The notes under the pieces: model-generated
Database searches by the model: none
What the model was told of the DNA's origin: nothing
What the model saw: only the letters and a program-made list of their open reading frames with translations
Shown: one piece after another, positions 38,335 to 46,807 of the stretch
Numbering within the stretch: position 1 is the first letter of the stretch
Layout: every line of letters begins with the position of its first letter
Program-made: the position numbers and the translations under genes
Source of the DNA: Thermoplasmata archaeon
Lineage (GTDB): Archaea; Thermoplasmatota; E2; JACPAO01; JAHFTW01
Reading direction: 5' to 3'
Length of the DNA: 64,000 nucleotides
Assembly: GCA_034667725.1 (NCBI GenBank)
Contig: JAXDQS010000003.1
Location: 288,001-352,000 of the forward strand

Positions 38335-39894
38335 GTGACCGACGGCTTCGGCTGGCTGGAGAAGGACCGCGCGGTCCATCAGCGCGACCTCGGGCGGGCC
38401 TACGGGCACTTGCGCCGCGAGGGCGAACGGGAGCGCGAGGCCGAGGCCGCCGCGTGCATGGTGCGCAAGACGCCAAACTGGATCGGCGGCAAGCCCGCGT
38501 TCTCGCAGGGCGGCTTCATCAAGGACCTCGACCCGGCCACGGGTGCGATCATCGCGACCATCCCGCGCAGCCAGAAGGACGACGTGGACGCCGCCGTCGC
38601 CGCCGCCACGGCCGCGTTTCCCGCGTGGGCTGCCACCCCGCTCGCGGAACGCTGCCGCATCCTCGACCGCATCGCGGACATCCTGGAGGCCGACCTCGAC
38701 ACCATCGCGCGCCTGGAGTCGCTGGACACGGGGAAGCCCATCACGCTGGCCCGGCGCATGGACGCCGACCGCTCGGTGCGCAACTTCCGCTTCTTCGCCC
38801 AGTTCGCGCGCGACTGGCGCGACGCCGACCACCCGATGGAAGGGCACGGCAACCGCACCCACCGCAAGCCGCTCGGCGTCGTCGCCCTCGTCACGCCGTG
38901 GAACCTGCCGCTCTACCTGCTGTCCTGGAAAGTGGCCCCCGCGCTCGCGATGGGCAACACCATCGTCGCCAAGCCGAGCGAACTGACCCCGCTCACCGCC
39001 GACCACCTCGCCCGCGTCGCGAAGGAGGCAGGCCTCCCCGACGGCGTCCTCAACATCGTCCACGGCTACGGCCCCGAGGCCGGGCAGGCCCTCGTCGAGC
39101 ATCCCGATGTCAAGGCCGTGAGCTTCACGGGCGGCACCGCCACCGGCCGCAAGGTCGCAGCCAGCGCCGCCGCGACCCTCAAGAAAGTCAGCCTGGAGCT
39201 CGGCGGCAAGAACCCGACCCTCGTGTTCGCCGACTGCGACCTCGACGCCACCGTCGAAGGGGTCGTCCGCAGCGCCTTCACCAACGCCGGCCAGATCTGC
39301 CTGTGCGGCAGCCGCGTCCTCGTCGAGCAGTCGATCGAGCCCGCGTTCCGCGCCCGCCTGGTCGAGCGGGTGCGGGCCCTGCGCGTCGGCGACCCCATGG
39401 ACCCCGCCACCGACGTCGGCGCCCTCATCTCGCAGGAGCACCGTGCCAAGGTCGAGGGCTACCTCGCCCTCGCCCGCGACGAGGGCGGCCAGGTCCTGGT
39501 CGGCGGCAAGCGCCCCGACGACCCCCGGCTCGCCAAGGGCGCCTTCCTGGAGCCGACCGTGATCGCGGGACTGCCCCAGTCGTCGCGCTGCGTGCAGGAG
39601 GAAATCTTCGGCCCCGTCGTCACCCTGCAGCCGTTCGCGACCCAGGCCGAGGCCGTCGCGCTGGCCAACGACGTGCCGTACGGGCTCGCCGCCACCGTCT
39701 GGACCCAGGACGCCGCCAAGGCCGACCGCGTCGCCGAGGCCCTGGACTCCGGGATGGTATGGGTCAACTGCTGGCTGGTGCGCGACCTCCGGGTCCCGTT
39801 CGGCGGCATGAAGCAGAGCGGCGTCGGCCGCGAGGGCGGGCACTGGTCGCTGGAGTTCTTCAGCGAGGCCCGCAACATCTGCGTCAAGGCCTAA
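38335..39894 (+). CDS. 2-aminomuconate/2-hydroxymuconate semialdehyde dehydrogenase (ALDH8A1/AmnC-like)
   Basis: TPWNLPLYL, KPSELTP, FTGGT.TG, LELGGKNP, GQICLCGSR and NCWLVRDLRVPFGGMKQSG motifs. Start is GTG 38335 (with N-terminal extension) or ATG 38458. Confidence 0.88.
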   Translation: MTDGFGWLEKDRAVHQRDLGRAYGHLRREGEREREAEAAACMVRKTPNWIGGKPAFSQGGFIKDLDPATGAIIATIPRSQKDDVDAAVAAATAAFPAWAATPLAERCRILDRIADILEADLDTIARLESLDTGKPITLARRMDADRSVRNFRFFAQFARDWRDADHPMEGHGNRTHRKPLGVVALVTPWNLPLYLLSWKVAPALAMGNTIVAKPSELTPLTADHLARVAKEAGLPDGVLNIVHGYGPEAGQALVEHPDVKAVSFTGGTATGRKVAASAAATLKKVSLELGGKNPTLVFADCDLDATVEGVVRSAFTNAGQICLCGSRVLVEQSIEPAFRARLVERVRALRVGDPMDPATDVGALISQEHRAKVEGYLALARDEGGQVLVGGKRPDDPRLAKGAFLEPTVIAGLPQSSRCVQEEIFGPVVTLQPFATQAEAVALANDVPYGLAATVWTQDAAKADRVAEALDSGMVWVNCWLVRDLRVPFGGMKQSGVGREGGHWSLEFFSEARNICVKA

Positions 39895-39918
39895 AGAGCG
39901 GACCCGGTCGGCGCCGCC

Positions 39919-40335
39919 GTGGAGTCCCCGTACCTGCTGGTCAGCCCCGCCCTCGCCGGCTACGTCGCCGGCTTCGTCCTCATGGCGCCCGCCCTCCAGG
40001 CCGCAAGCCGGGCCAGCCCCGTCGGCAAGGGCCGCGCCTTCATCTTCGCCATCCTGCCGCTGGCGGGCCTGCTGTTCGCGTTCGTCGCGGCGTTCCTGGC
40101 CTCCGGCAACGGCGCCGACATCCCCACGCCGCTCATGCTGCTGGGCGCCGCGGCCGCCGTGCAGTGCATCCTGCAAGGGTTCCTGGTGCGCGCCCGCCTT
40201 GGCACGCTCGACCCCGCCGACCCGCAGGACCCGGCCTTCGGGAAGCTCCTTGCCATGGTTGTCGCTTGCGAGGTGCTGACCATCCTCGCGTTCATCAACG
40301 CCTTCCTGGCGATGGGCCGGGCGACGGCGGGCTAG
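39919..40335 (+). CDS. orphan V/A-type ATPase proteolipid (subunit K/c)-like 4-TM protein
   Basis: GRAFIFAILPLAGLLFAFVAAFL and ILQG...FGKLLAMVVACEVLTILAFINAFL parallel NtpK helices 2 and 4, including the membrane-embedded Glu. Confidence 0.55.
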   Translation: MESPYLLVSPALAGYVAGFVLMAPALQAASRASPVGKGRAFIFAILPLAGLLFAFVAAFLASGNGADIPTPLMLLGAAAAVQCILQGFLVRARLGTLDPADPQDPAFGKLLAMVVACEVLTILAFINAFLAMGRATAG

Positions 40336-40373
40336 CACCACCTTCAAGGACCGGGAGCCCTGCTGGCGGCGCC

Positions 40374-41297
40374 ATGCCTGGCAAGAGTGGCCGCATCGTC
40401 GCCGGCTGCCTCACGCCCCACCCGCCTCACCTCGTCTACGCCGACAACCCGCCCCAGAACGAGCCGCGCGCCGAATGCGGCTGGGAGACGGTGCGCTGGG
40501 GCTACGAGCGGCTGCGCCACAGCCTGGGCCGCCGCGACTACGACGTCCTCATCGTTCACTCGCCGCACTGGCGCACCCAGGTCGGCCACCACTTCCTCGG
40601 CGTCCCCCACTTCTCGAACCTGAGCGTGGACCCGATCTTCCCCAACCTGTTCCGGTTCAAGTGCGACATCGACGTCGACGTCGAACTGGCCGAAGCCATC
40701 GAGCAGCGCGCCCGCAAGAAGGGCCTTGTCACCAAGATGATGCGCAACCCCGCCTACCGCGTCGACTACGGCACCATCGCGGCGTGCCACCTCGTCAACC
40801 CGGCGTGGGACAAGCCCATCGTCGGCATCAGCTCCAACGGCGCCTACAAGTATTACTCGAACGACGTGGGGCAGGCCCAGCAGCGCGCCCTCGGCGAAGC
40901 AACCAAGGAGGCCATCGAGGCCACCGGCCGCAAGGCGCTGCTGCTCGCAAGCAACTCGATCAGCCACCGCCACTTCACCCGCGAAGGCCCGCTCCCCGAG
41001 GACATGAGCCAGGAGCGCATCTACCACCACGGCCAGTACCTGTGGGACATGCACGCCATCCGCCTCATGCGCGAAGGCCGCGCCGAGCAGCTGTTCGACG
41101 AGATGCCCGACCTGATCGACGACGCCACCTCGGAGGCCGACGCCGGCTGCCTCAGTTGGCTCTTGTCCGCCTTGGGCTACCCGAAGTATCCCGCCGAGCT
41201 GCATGGCTACGGCACGGTGATCGGCACCGGCAACGCCGTCGTCGAATGGGACCCGGACCCCAAGACAAGACAAGTGACGCCACGGGGAAGGACCTAG
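40374..41297 (+). CDS. amnB: 2-aminophenol 1,6-dioxygenase beta (catalytic) subunit, LigB-type extradiol dioxygenase
   Basis: PHPPHLVY..NPPQNEPR....WE..RW.YER, HSPHW, SVDPIFPNLFR, RVDYGTI, S.SHRHF and YGTVIGTGN match the AmnB/CnbCb pattern. Confidence 0.9.
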   Translation: MPGKSGRIVAGCLTPHPPHLVYADNPPQNEPRAECGWETVRWGYERLRHSLGRRDYDVLIVHSPHWRTQVGHHFLGVPHFSNLSVDPIFPNLFRFKCDIDVDVELAEAIEQRARKKGLVTKMMRNPAYRVDYGTIAACHLVNPAWDKPIVGISSNGAYKYYSNDVGQAQQRALGEATKEAIEATGRKALLLASNSISHRHFTREGPLPEDMSQERIYHHGQYLWDMHAIRLMREGRAEQLFDEMPDLIDDATSEADAGCLSWLLSALGYPKYPAELHGYGTVIGTGNAVVEWDPDPKTRQVTPRGRT

Positions 41298-41342
41298 CAA
41301 AAAACGCTATACCGAGCCGCCGATGCCGACGTGGTCCCGCCC

Positions 41343-41792
41343 ATGCGCTCCACCCTGCTCGCCTGCGCCTGCCTTCTGACCGCGATCTTGGCTGCCGCCC
41401 CCGTGGGCGCCTCGCCGCCCCCCGGCTACGACCCCAAGAGCTGCCGCTTCGCCATCGAGACGCACGGCATCGACGCCCACTGCACCGTCAAGGGCATGAC
41501 CGTCGGCGGCTACGTGGACTGCAACACCAACTGCGACTTCACCGGCCACGAATGGTCGTGCTTCTTCAGCACCGGCGGCCCCGTGGACTACTTCCAGTGC
41601 CCGGTGGCGGACCTGCTGCCGGACGCCTACTGCGTCCTCACCCCCACCAGCGCTGGCCTGTTCGGCGCCTGCACGATCGCCGGCAGCACCCTCCCCATCC
41701 TGGTCGGGTGCGAGAGCTGCGTCCCGCTCTGGGTCGGCCCCACCTGCACCCTCGGCCTCAAGGACGGCACGCCGGTCGCCGTGTGCGCCTGA
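41343..41792 (+). CDS. small secreted Cys-rich protein
   Basis: Signal MRSTLLACACLLTAILAAAPVGA; about 12 Cys in a mature part of about 125 aa. Confidence 0.75.
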   Translation: MRSTLLACACLLTAILAAAPVGASPPPGYDPKSCRFAIETHGIDAHCTVKGMTVGGYVDCNTNCDFTGHEWSCFFSTGGPVDYFQCPVADLLPDAYCVLTPTSAGLFGACTIAGSTLPILVGCESCVPLWVGPTCTLGLKDGTPVAVCA

Positions 41793-41844
41793 GGACGCCA
41801 GAGGGGCCGCAACCGTCAAGGCGGCGGCCCTTCTGGCCGGGCCG

Positions 41845-43281
41845 ATGAGCCGCAAGGCCGCCCCAAAGGCCACGGGCACAAGGTCCGCGCCCAGCCCCAA
41901 CGCCGCCTCCGGCCTCGTCGCCGCCTTCCTCGTCCCCGGCCTCCCGCATCCGTACCTCATCCCGGACGCGAACCCGGGCTACCGCCGCGTCCGCGACGCC
42001 TACGACGCCGTGCGCACCGAAGTGCAGCGCCTCAAGCCCGACCTGCTGCTGCTCTACTCGACCCAGTGGCTCTCCGTCGTCGGCCACCAAGTCCAAGCGC
42101 GTGCGGAAGCGGTCTGGGACCACGTCGACCCCGAGTGGCACGAGCTGGGGCACATCCCCTACAAGCTCCGGTTCGACCCTGCCTTCGGAGCCCAGTACGT
42201 CGAGAAGGGCCGCGCCCGCGGCCTCGAGATGCGCACCGTGGACTACCACGGCTTCCCCATCGACACCGGCACCGTCATCGCGCTCAAGCTGCTGGACCCC
42301 GACGGCCGCATCCCCGCCAGCGTGGTGTCGTGCAACATGTACGCCGACCGCGCCGAGACCATCGTGCTCGGCAAGGCCGCCCGTGACGCCGCCCAAGCCA
42401 CCGGCAAGCGCGTCGTCGCCGTCGCTGTCACCGCCCTCAGCAGCCGCCTGCACACCGGCATCGTGCCGTGGAAGGACGACCGCATCCACAGCCTCAAGGA
42501 CGACGAGTGGAACCGCAAGTACCTCGAGTTCCTCGGCAAGGGCCGCCTCGAGGACGCCAGCCAGCTCGCCCGCGAGTTCAGCAGCCAGGCCAACGGCGAC
42601 CAGAAGCTGAAGGCCGTCTGGTGGCTGTCCGCCGTCATGGGGGCCAGCAACGCCTACGACGGCCGCGTCTTCGCCTACGAGCCGCTCTACGGCACCGGCG
42701 CCGCCCTCGTCGGCCTCACCCCGACCCAGAAGGCCACGGCGGACAAGGAGTTCGACGAGGACGACGCCGAGGTCTATCTCGGCGACCGCAACGTCCTCTC
42801 CAGCGGCTCCGACGCGGCGACCCTCACGATGGAGGAGCAGGACAAGTGGGCCGGGACCGCGACCGTCGTGCACGCCAAGGCCGCGCCCAAGCCCGTCGGC
42901 GCGTACGCGCACGCCCGCCTAGTTGGCGACCTCCTGTTCCTCGCCGGCATCGGGCCCCGCACGCCCGGCACGGACGAGATTCCCGGCGGCCCCATCCGCG
43001 ACGCCAACGGCAAGCCGCGCGACTACGACGTCCGCGCCCAGACCCGGCAATGCATCGAGAACGTCAAGGCCGTGCTCAAGGAGTCCGGCGCCAGCCTGGA
43101 GGACGTCTTCGACGTGCAGGTGTTCCTGGTCGACATGGACCGCGACTTCGCGGCGTTCAACGAGGTCTACGGCGAGCACTTCGGGAGCATCCAGGCCACG
43201 CGCACGACGGTCGAGGTCGAGGCGCTGCCGACGCCGATCGCGGTCGAGCTGAAGGTCATCGCGCAGGTGCGCAAGGCATGA
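41845..43281 (+). CDS. 2-aminophenol 1,6-dioxygenase alpha subunit fused to RidA-family 2-aminomuconate deaminase
   Basis: N-part AFLVPGLPHP, YSTQW, HVDPEW, GFPIDTGT and Y.P.YGTGAA (AmnA-like). Acidic linker. C-part PKPVGAY.HA..VGDLLFLAG and FN.VY...F....TRTTVEV..LPTPIAVELKVIA (RidA). Confidence 0.85.
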   Translation: MSRKAAPKATGTRSAPSPNAASGLVAAFLVPGLPHPYLIPDANPGYRRVRDAYDAVRTEVQRLKPDLLLLYSTQWLSVVGHQVQARAEAVWDHVDPEWHELGHIPYKLRFDPAFGAQYVEKGRARGLEMRTVDYHGFPIDTGTVIALKLLDPDGRIPASVVSCNMYADRAETIVLGKAARDAAQATGKRVVAVAVTALSSRLHTGIVPWKDDRIHSLKDDEWNRKYLEFLGKGRLEDASQLAREFSSQANGDQKLKAVWWLSAVMGASNAYDGRVFAYEPLYGTGAALVGLTPTQKATADKEFDEDDAEVYLGDRNVLSSGSDAATLTMEEQDKWAGTATVVHAKAAPKPVGAYAHARLVGDLLFLAGIGPRTPGTDEIPGGPIRDANGKPRDYDVRAQTRQCIENVKAVLKESGASLEDVFDVQVFLVDMDRDFAAFNEVYGEHFGSIQATRTTVEVEALPTPIAVELKVIAQVRKA

Positions 43282-44072
43282 GCGCCCCCATCCGCCTCCA
43301 GTTGTCCGACGACGAGGCCGCCGTCCTGTGGGACCTCATCATGGAGTCCAGCGAAGAGGACCAGCGCATCCTGCGCCGCGTCGCCGGCGAGCTGGAGCCG
43401 CACGTGCTGGAGGGCGACGACGAACCCGAGGCGGCGCCGGCCCAAGACCCCGAAGGAATCCTCGACATCAGCCCCCTCGTCTCGCCCCGCATCGCCGTCT
43501 GGCCGGGCGACGTCCCGTACACCAGCCGCAAGTCCGCCACCCTTGGTCCCGCCGGCGGCATCGACCTCGGCGACATGCACACCACCTACCACGTCGGCGC
43601 CCACACCGACGCGCCGCGGCACTACAAGCTCGGCGCCGCCGACGCCGCCTCGGTCCCGCTCGAGCCCTACGTCGGCCCGTGCCAAGTGGTGCAGGTGCGC
43701 GCCCGCCGCGGCAAGCGCTTCGGCCTCGTGGACCTGGCGCAGCAGGTGACGGCGCCGCGGGTGCTGTTCAAGACCGGCACCTTCCCCGACCCGCACGCCT
43801 GGAACACCGACTTCGCTGCCCCCGAGCCGGAGCTGCTGGACGCCTTGGCCGCCCGCGGCGTCGTCCTCGTGGGCTTCGACACGCCGAGCACCGACCTGTT
43901 CGACTCCAAGGACCTGGCCGCGCATCAGCGGCTCGCCAAGCACGGCATGATGAACCTCGAAGGGCTCGTGCTGGACCACGTCGCGCCCGGCGACTACACC
44001 TTGGTCGCGCTGCCCCTGAAGCTCCAGGACGCCGACGCAAGCCCGGTGCGGGCCGTCCTGCTGCCGCCGTGA
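43278..44072 (+). CDS. kynB: kynurenine formamidase (cyclase family)
   Basis: DIS......VWPGD, HVGAHTDAPRH, G.DTPS.D, LEGL.L and LPLKL..ADASPVRAVL motifs. Extra acidic N-terminal segment of about 60 aa. ATGA overlap. Confidence 0.88.
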   Translation: MSAPIRLQLSDDEAAVLWDLIMESSEEDQRILRRVAGELEPHVLEGDDEPEAAPAQDPEGILDISPLVSPRIAVWPGDVPYTSRKSATLGPAGGIDLGDMHTTYHVGAHTDAPRHYKLGAADAASVPLEPYVGPCQVVQVRARRGKRFGLVDLAQQVTAPRVLFKTGTFPDPHAWNTDFAAPEPELLDALAARGVVLVGFDTPSTDLFDSKDLAAHQRLAKHGMMNLEGLVLDHVAPGDYTLVALPLKLQDADASPVRAVLLPP

Positions 44073-44121
44073 AGCCCGCGCGTTGGACAACTTCAAGCCC
44101 TGCGCACCCACCCAGGTCCCG

Positions 44122-44703
44122 ATGGCCGCCCCCGTCCCGCGCCGCCCCTTGCCGCCCGCGCGCGCCGCCTACCGCTTCCCGACCCAGCCCGACCCGGCCA
44201 TGAAGACCGTGTGGGCGATCCGCGCCGCCGGCTTCGGGCTGTTCTACGCCATCCCGGTGACCTTCATGCTGGGTCCCTTGAGCCTGTTCCTGCGCGGCGA
44301 CGAGAAGCCCACGACGCTGCTCGACGTGGTCGGCCCCCTGATCGGCGTCTACGTCGCCGCCTGGCTCGTCTTCACCGTGATCGGCGTCGTGTACGCCCAA
44401 CTGGCCTGGGGCCGCTACCGCATCGAGGTGCGCGACGAGGAGGTCGTCGTCCACAAGGGCGTCCTGTTCCGCACCACCAGCCGCGTCCCGCTCCGGAAAG
44501 TGCAGGACATCCACGTCCGCCAAGGCCCGCTGCTGCGCGCGTTCGGCCTGGCCAGCCTCAAGCTCGACACCGCCGGCGGCTACGGCCCCGCCAACTCCGG
44601 CCGCGGCATGGCCGCCGAAGGCCAGATGCCCGGCATCCGCGACGCCCACGCGGCGGCCGAGGCCCTCATGGTGCGCGTCAAGCAGATCCGCAGCGACCTG
44701 TAG
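44122..44703 (+). CDS. membrane-flanked bacterial PH (bPH_2/DUF304) domain protein
   Basis: Two TMs, then Y.I....V....GVLFR....VP..KVQ.I...QGPL.R.FGL..L.L.TAG. Confidence 0.85.
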   Translation: MAAPVPRRPLPPARAAYRFPTQPDPAMKTVWAIRAAGFGLFYAIPVTFMLGPLSLFLRGDEKPTTLLDVVGPLIGVYVAAWLVFTVIGVVYAQLAWGRYRIEVRDEEVVVHKGVLFRTTSRVPLRKVQDIHVRQGPLLRAFGLASLKLDTAGGYGPANSGRGMAAEGQMPGIRDAHAAAEALMVRVKQIRSDL

Positions 44704-44707
44704 CGCC

Positions 44708-45268
44708 ATGATCGGGATTCCGCCGCGCCGCCTCGAGACGGTCCTGGTCGTCTCGGCCTTCGCCGGCACGCTCGTGGCCGCCATCCTCGGCTTGGCCCAC
44801 GCCAGCAGCGCCCTCCTGCTGTTCTGGCTGGAGACCGCCATCGTGCTCGCCGTCGGCGCCGTCCGGGGCGCGCTGCGCCGCGCCCCCAAGCCCGCCGCGC
44901 TGGCGCTGTTCTTCGGCTTCTTCCTGTTCGTCCACCTCCAGTTCCTCATCGCCCTGGCGGCAGCCGACCAAGGCGACTCCTTCCTGGTGTTCCGGCCCGG
45001 CTTCGCGCCCGGCCTGTTCGTGCCGCTGCTGCTGCCCGCCCTCGGCCTTGCCGTCGGCCACGCCCTCGCCGCCCCGCCCAAGGACGCGCTGCCCGCCGCC
45101 GCCATCGCCCGCGTCCTGGTGCTGCACGTCGCCCTCGTCCTCGGCGGCTTCGCCTCCTTCGTGCTCGGCACCGCCGTCCCCGTGCTGTTCGTCCTCACCG
45201 CCTTGCGCCTTGCCGCCGAGTTCGTGCCCGTGCGCTGGCCGTCGCGGCTTTCACCCCGCGCGGCTTGA
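44708..45268 (+). CDS. DUF6498-like membrane protein
   Basis: LLLFWLET, FF..F.FVH..F and R.LVLH.AL.LGG motifs. Confidence 0.6.
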   Translation: MIGIPPRRLETVLVVSAFAGTLVAAILGLAHASSALLLFWLETAIVLAVGAVRGALRRAPKPAALALFFGFFLFVHLQFLIALAAADQGDSFLVFRPGFAPGLFVPLLLPALGLAVGHALAAPPKDALPAAAIARVLVLHVALVLGGFASFVLGTAVPVLFVLTALRLAAEFVPVRWPSRLSPRAA

Positions 45269-45275
45269 GCCGGGC

Positions 45276-46061
45276 GTGGACCTCTCCCTGCGCGGCCGCC
45301 ACGCCCTCGTGTGCGGCGCCTCCCAAGGCATCGGCCAGGCCGCCGCCGTCGCGCTCGCCGAGCTGGGCGCCACCGTCACGGTGCTGGCGCGCAACCCCGC
45401 CAAGCTCGCCTCGCTGCGCCCCATCCTGATGCAGGCCGGCGCCACCGAGACCCACATGATCGTGGCGGACCTCGACGACCGCGCCGGGCTGCGCGAGGCG
45501 GTCGCGGCCCATCTGGAAAAGGCGGGGCCGGTCCACATCCTGGTCAACAACACCGGCGGCCCCCACTCCGGCGCCCTGCTGGAGACCAAGGAGGCGGAGT
45601 TCCTCCACGCCTACGGCCGCCACCTCCTGGCCAGCCACCTCCTGGTCCAGCTCGTCGTGCCCGGCATGAAGGAAGCCGGCTACGGCCGCATCGTCAACGT
45701 CCTCTCCACCAGCGTCCGCGAGCCCATCCCCGGCCTCGGCGTCTCGAACACCATCCGCGCCACCATGGCCTCGTGGGCCAAGACCCTCAGCCGCGAGCTG
45801 CCGCCCGGCGTCACCATCAACTCGGTGCTGCCCGGCTACACCGACACCGAACGGCTGACCGAACTGTCCACCACGATGGCGGCCCGGCAAGGGAAGTCGC
45901 CCAAGGACGTGGCGAAGGGATGGGTGGACGTGACACCCGAAGGCCGCTTGGGTCGGCCTGAGGAAATCGGGAGCGTCATCGCGTTCCTGTGCAGCCCGGC
46001 GGCGTCGTTCGTGCGCGGCGTGGTGCTGCCGGTGGATGGCGGGCGGCTGAACTCGATCTAG
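45276..46061 (+). CDS. short-chain dehydrogenase/reductase
   Basis: CGASQGIG, VNNTGGP, GRIVN..S, atypical SNTIR in place of YxxxK, LPGYTDT and VDGG. Confidence 0.92.
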   Translation: MDLSLRGRHALVCGASQGIGQAAAVALAELGATVTVLARNPAKLASLRPILMQAGATETHMIVADLDDRAGLREAVAAHLEKAGPVHILVNNTGGPHSGALLETKEAEFLHAYGRHLLASHLLVQLVVPGMKEAGYGRIVNVLSTSVREPIPGLGVSNTIRATMASWAKTLSRELPPGVTINSVLPGYTDTERLTELSTTMAARQGKSPKDVAKGWVDVTPEGRLGRPEEIGSVIAFLCSPAASFVRGVVLPVDGGRLNSI

Positions 46062-46805
46062 TCACTCCGAACCGTCCTCGTAGTCCAGGCAGCCAACATC
46101 GTTGATGTCCACAGCGCCATCCATGTCGTTGTCCGCCTTGTCGTCGCACACGGGCGGCACGCAGCCGGTCCCGTTCACCTTCATCCAGACGTCGTAGGTT
46201 CCGGACGAGGCGCCACCACCAACGTTGCCGGGGATGGAACTGCCCCAGTTGCCAATGAAGGCCACGATTTGGCCCTGGGTCCACGGCGCAGGGGCGCTGG
46301 GGTTCGCGGGCACCATGCAGAAAAAATGGGTGAATTCGGCGTCGGTTGGATCGGGGCAGTCCTTGGCGTCCTTGTCCTGCCCCTTGCAGTCTGCGCCTGG
46401 GACCGGCTTGTTCGAGTAAGCGAAGCGAAGCTGGTCCGTGGCGTCCCCAATGTTGCGGCACCAGCCATTCAGGTCGCGGTCGTTGCACACGGCCAGGTCG
46501 AACCCGGTCTGGAACTTGCCGCTGGTCCACTCGGCCCACACGCTGACGTCCACGGTCCCTGATGCAGGAAAGGCGGACATGTCGAAGACCGCGATCCCAG
46601 GCGTCGTGGTGGGGGCCATGAAGCACGGGACGTCATCCTTGAGACAGGGCTTCGAGAGCGCATGAATCGGCCCCAGGGCGGACCAACACTCGATGTTGTC
46701 CCCGTCCGCGTTGGTGTTGATCTCGGTGGAGCAGTCTGTGTCGCCATCGGAAGGGTTGGTGTCGTACGGGTTGCCGCTTGCCGACAGCGTGGCGACGGCG
46801 AGCAC
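46062..46805 (-). CDS. secreted Cys/Asp-rich protein with CxDxxDNDxDGxxDxxDxGC motif
   Basis: C-terminal CDDKADNDMDGAVDINDVGC and many Cys. Lower GC3 than neighbours. Start uncertain (GTG 46805 or slightly upstream, overlapping the wHTH stop). Confidence 0.6.
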   Translation of the reverse strand: MLAVATLSASGNPYDTNPSDGDTDCSTEINTNADGDNIECWSALGPIHALSKPCLKDDVPCFMAPTTTPGIAVFDMSAFPASGTVDVSVWAEWTSGKFQTGFDLAVCNDRDLNGWCRNIGDATDQLRFAYSNKPVPGADCKGQDKDAKDCPDPTDAEFTHFFCMVPANPSAPAPWTQGQIVAFIGNWGSSIPGNVGGGASSGTYDVWMKVNGTGCVPPVCDDKADNDMDGAVDINDVGCLDYEDGSE

Positions 46806-46807
46806 GG

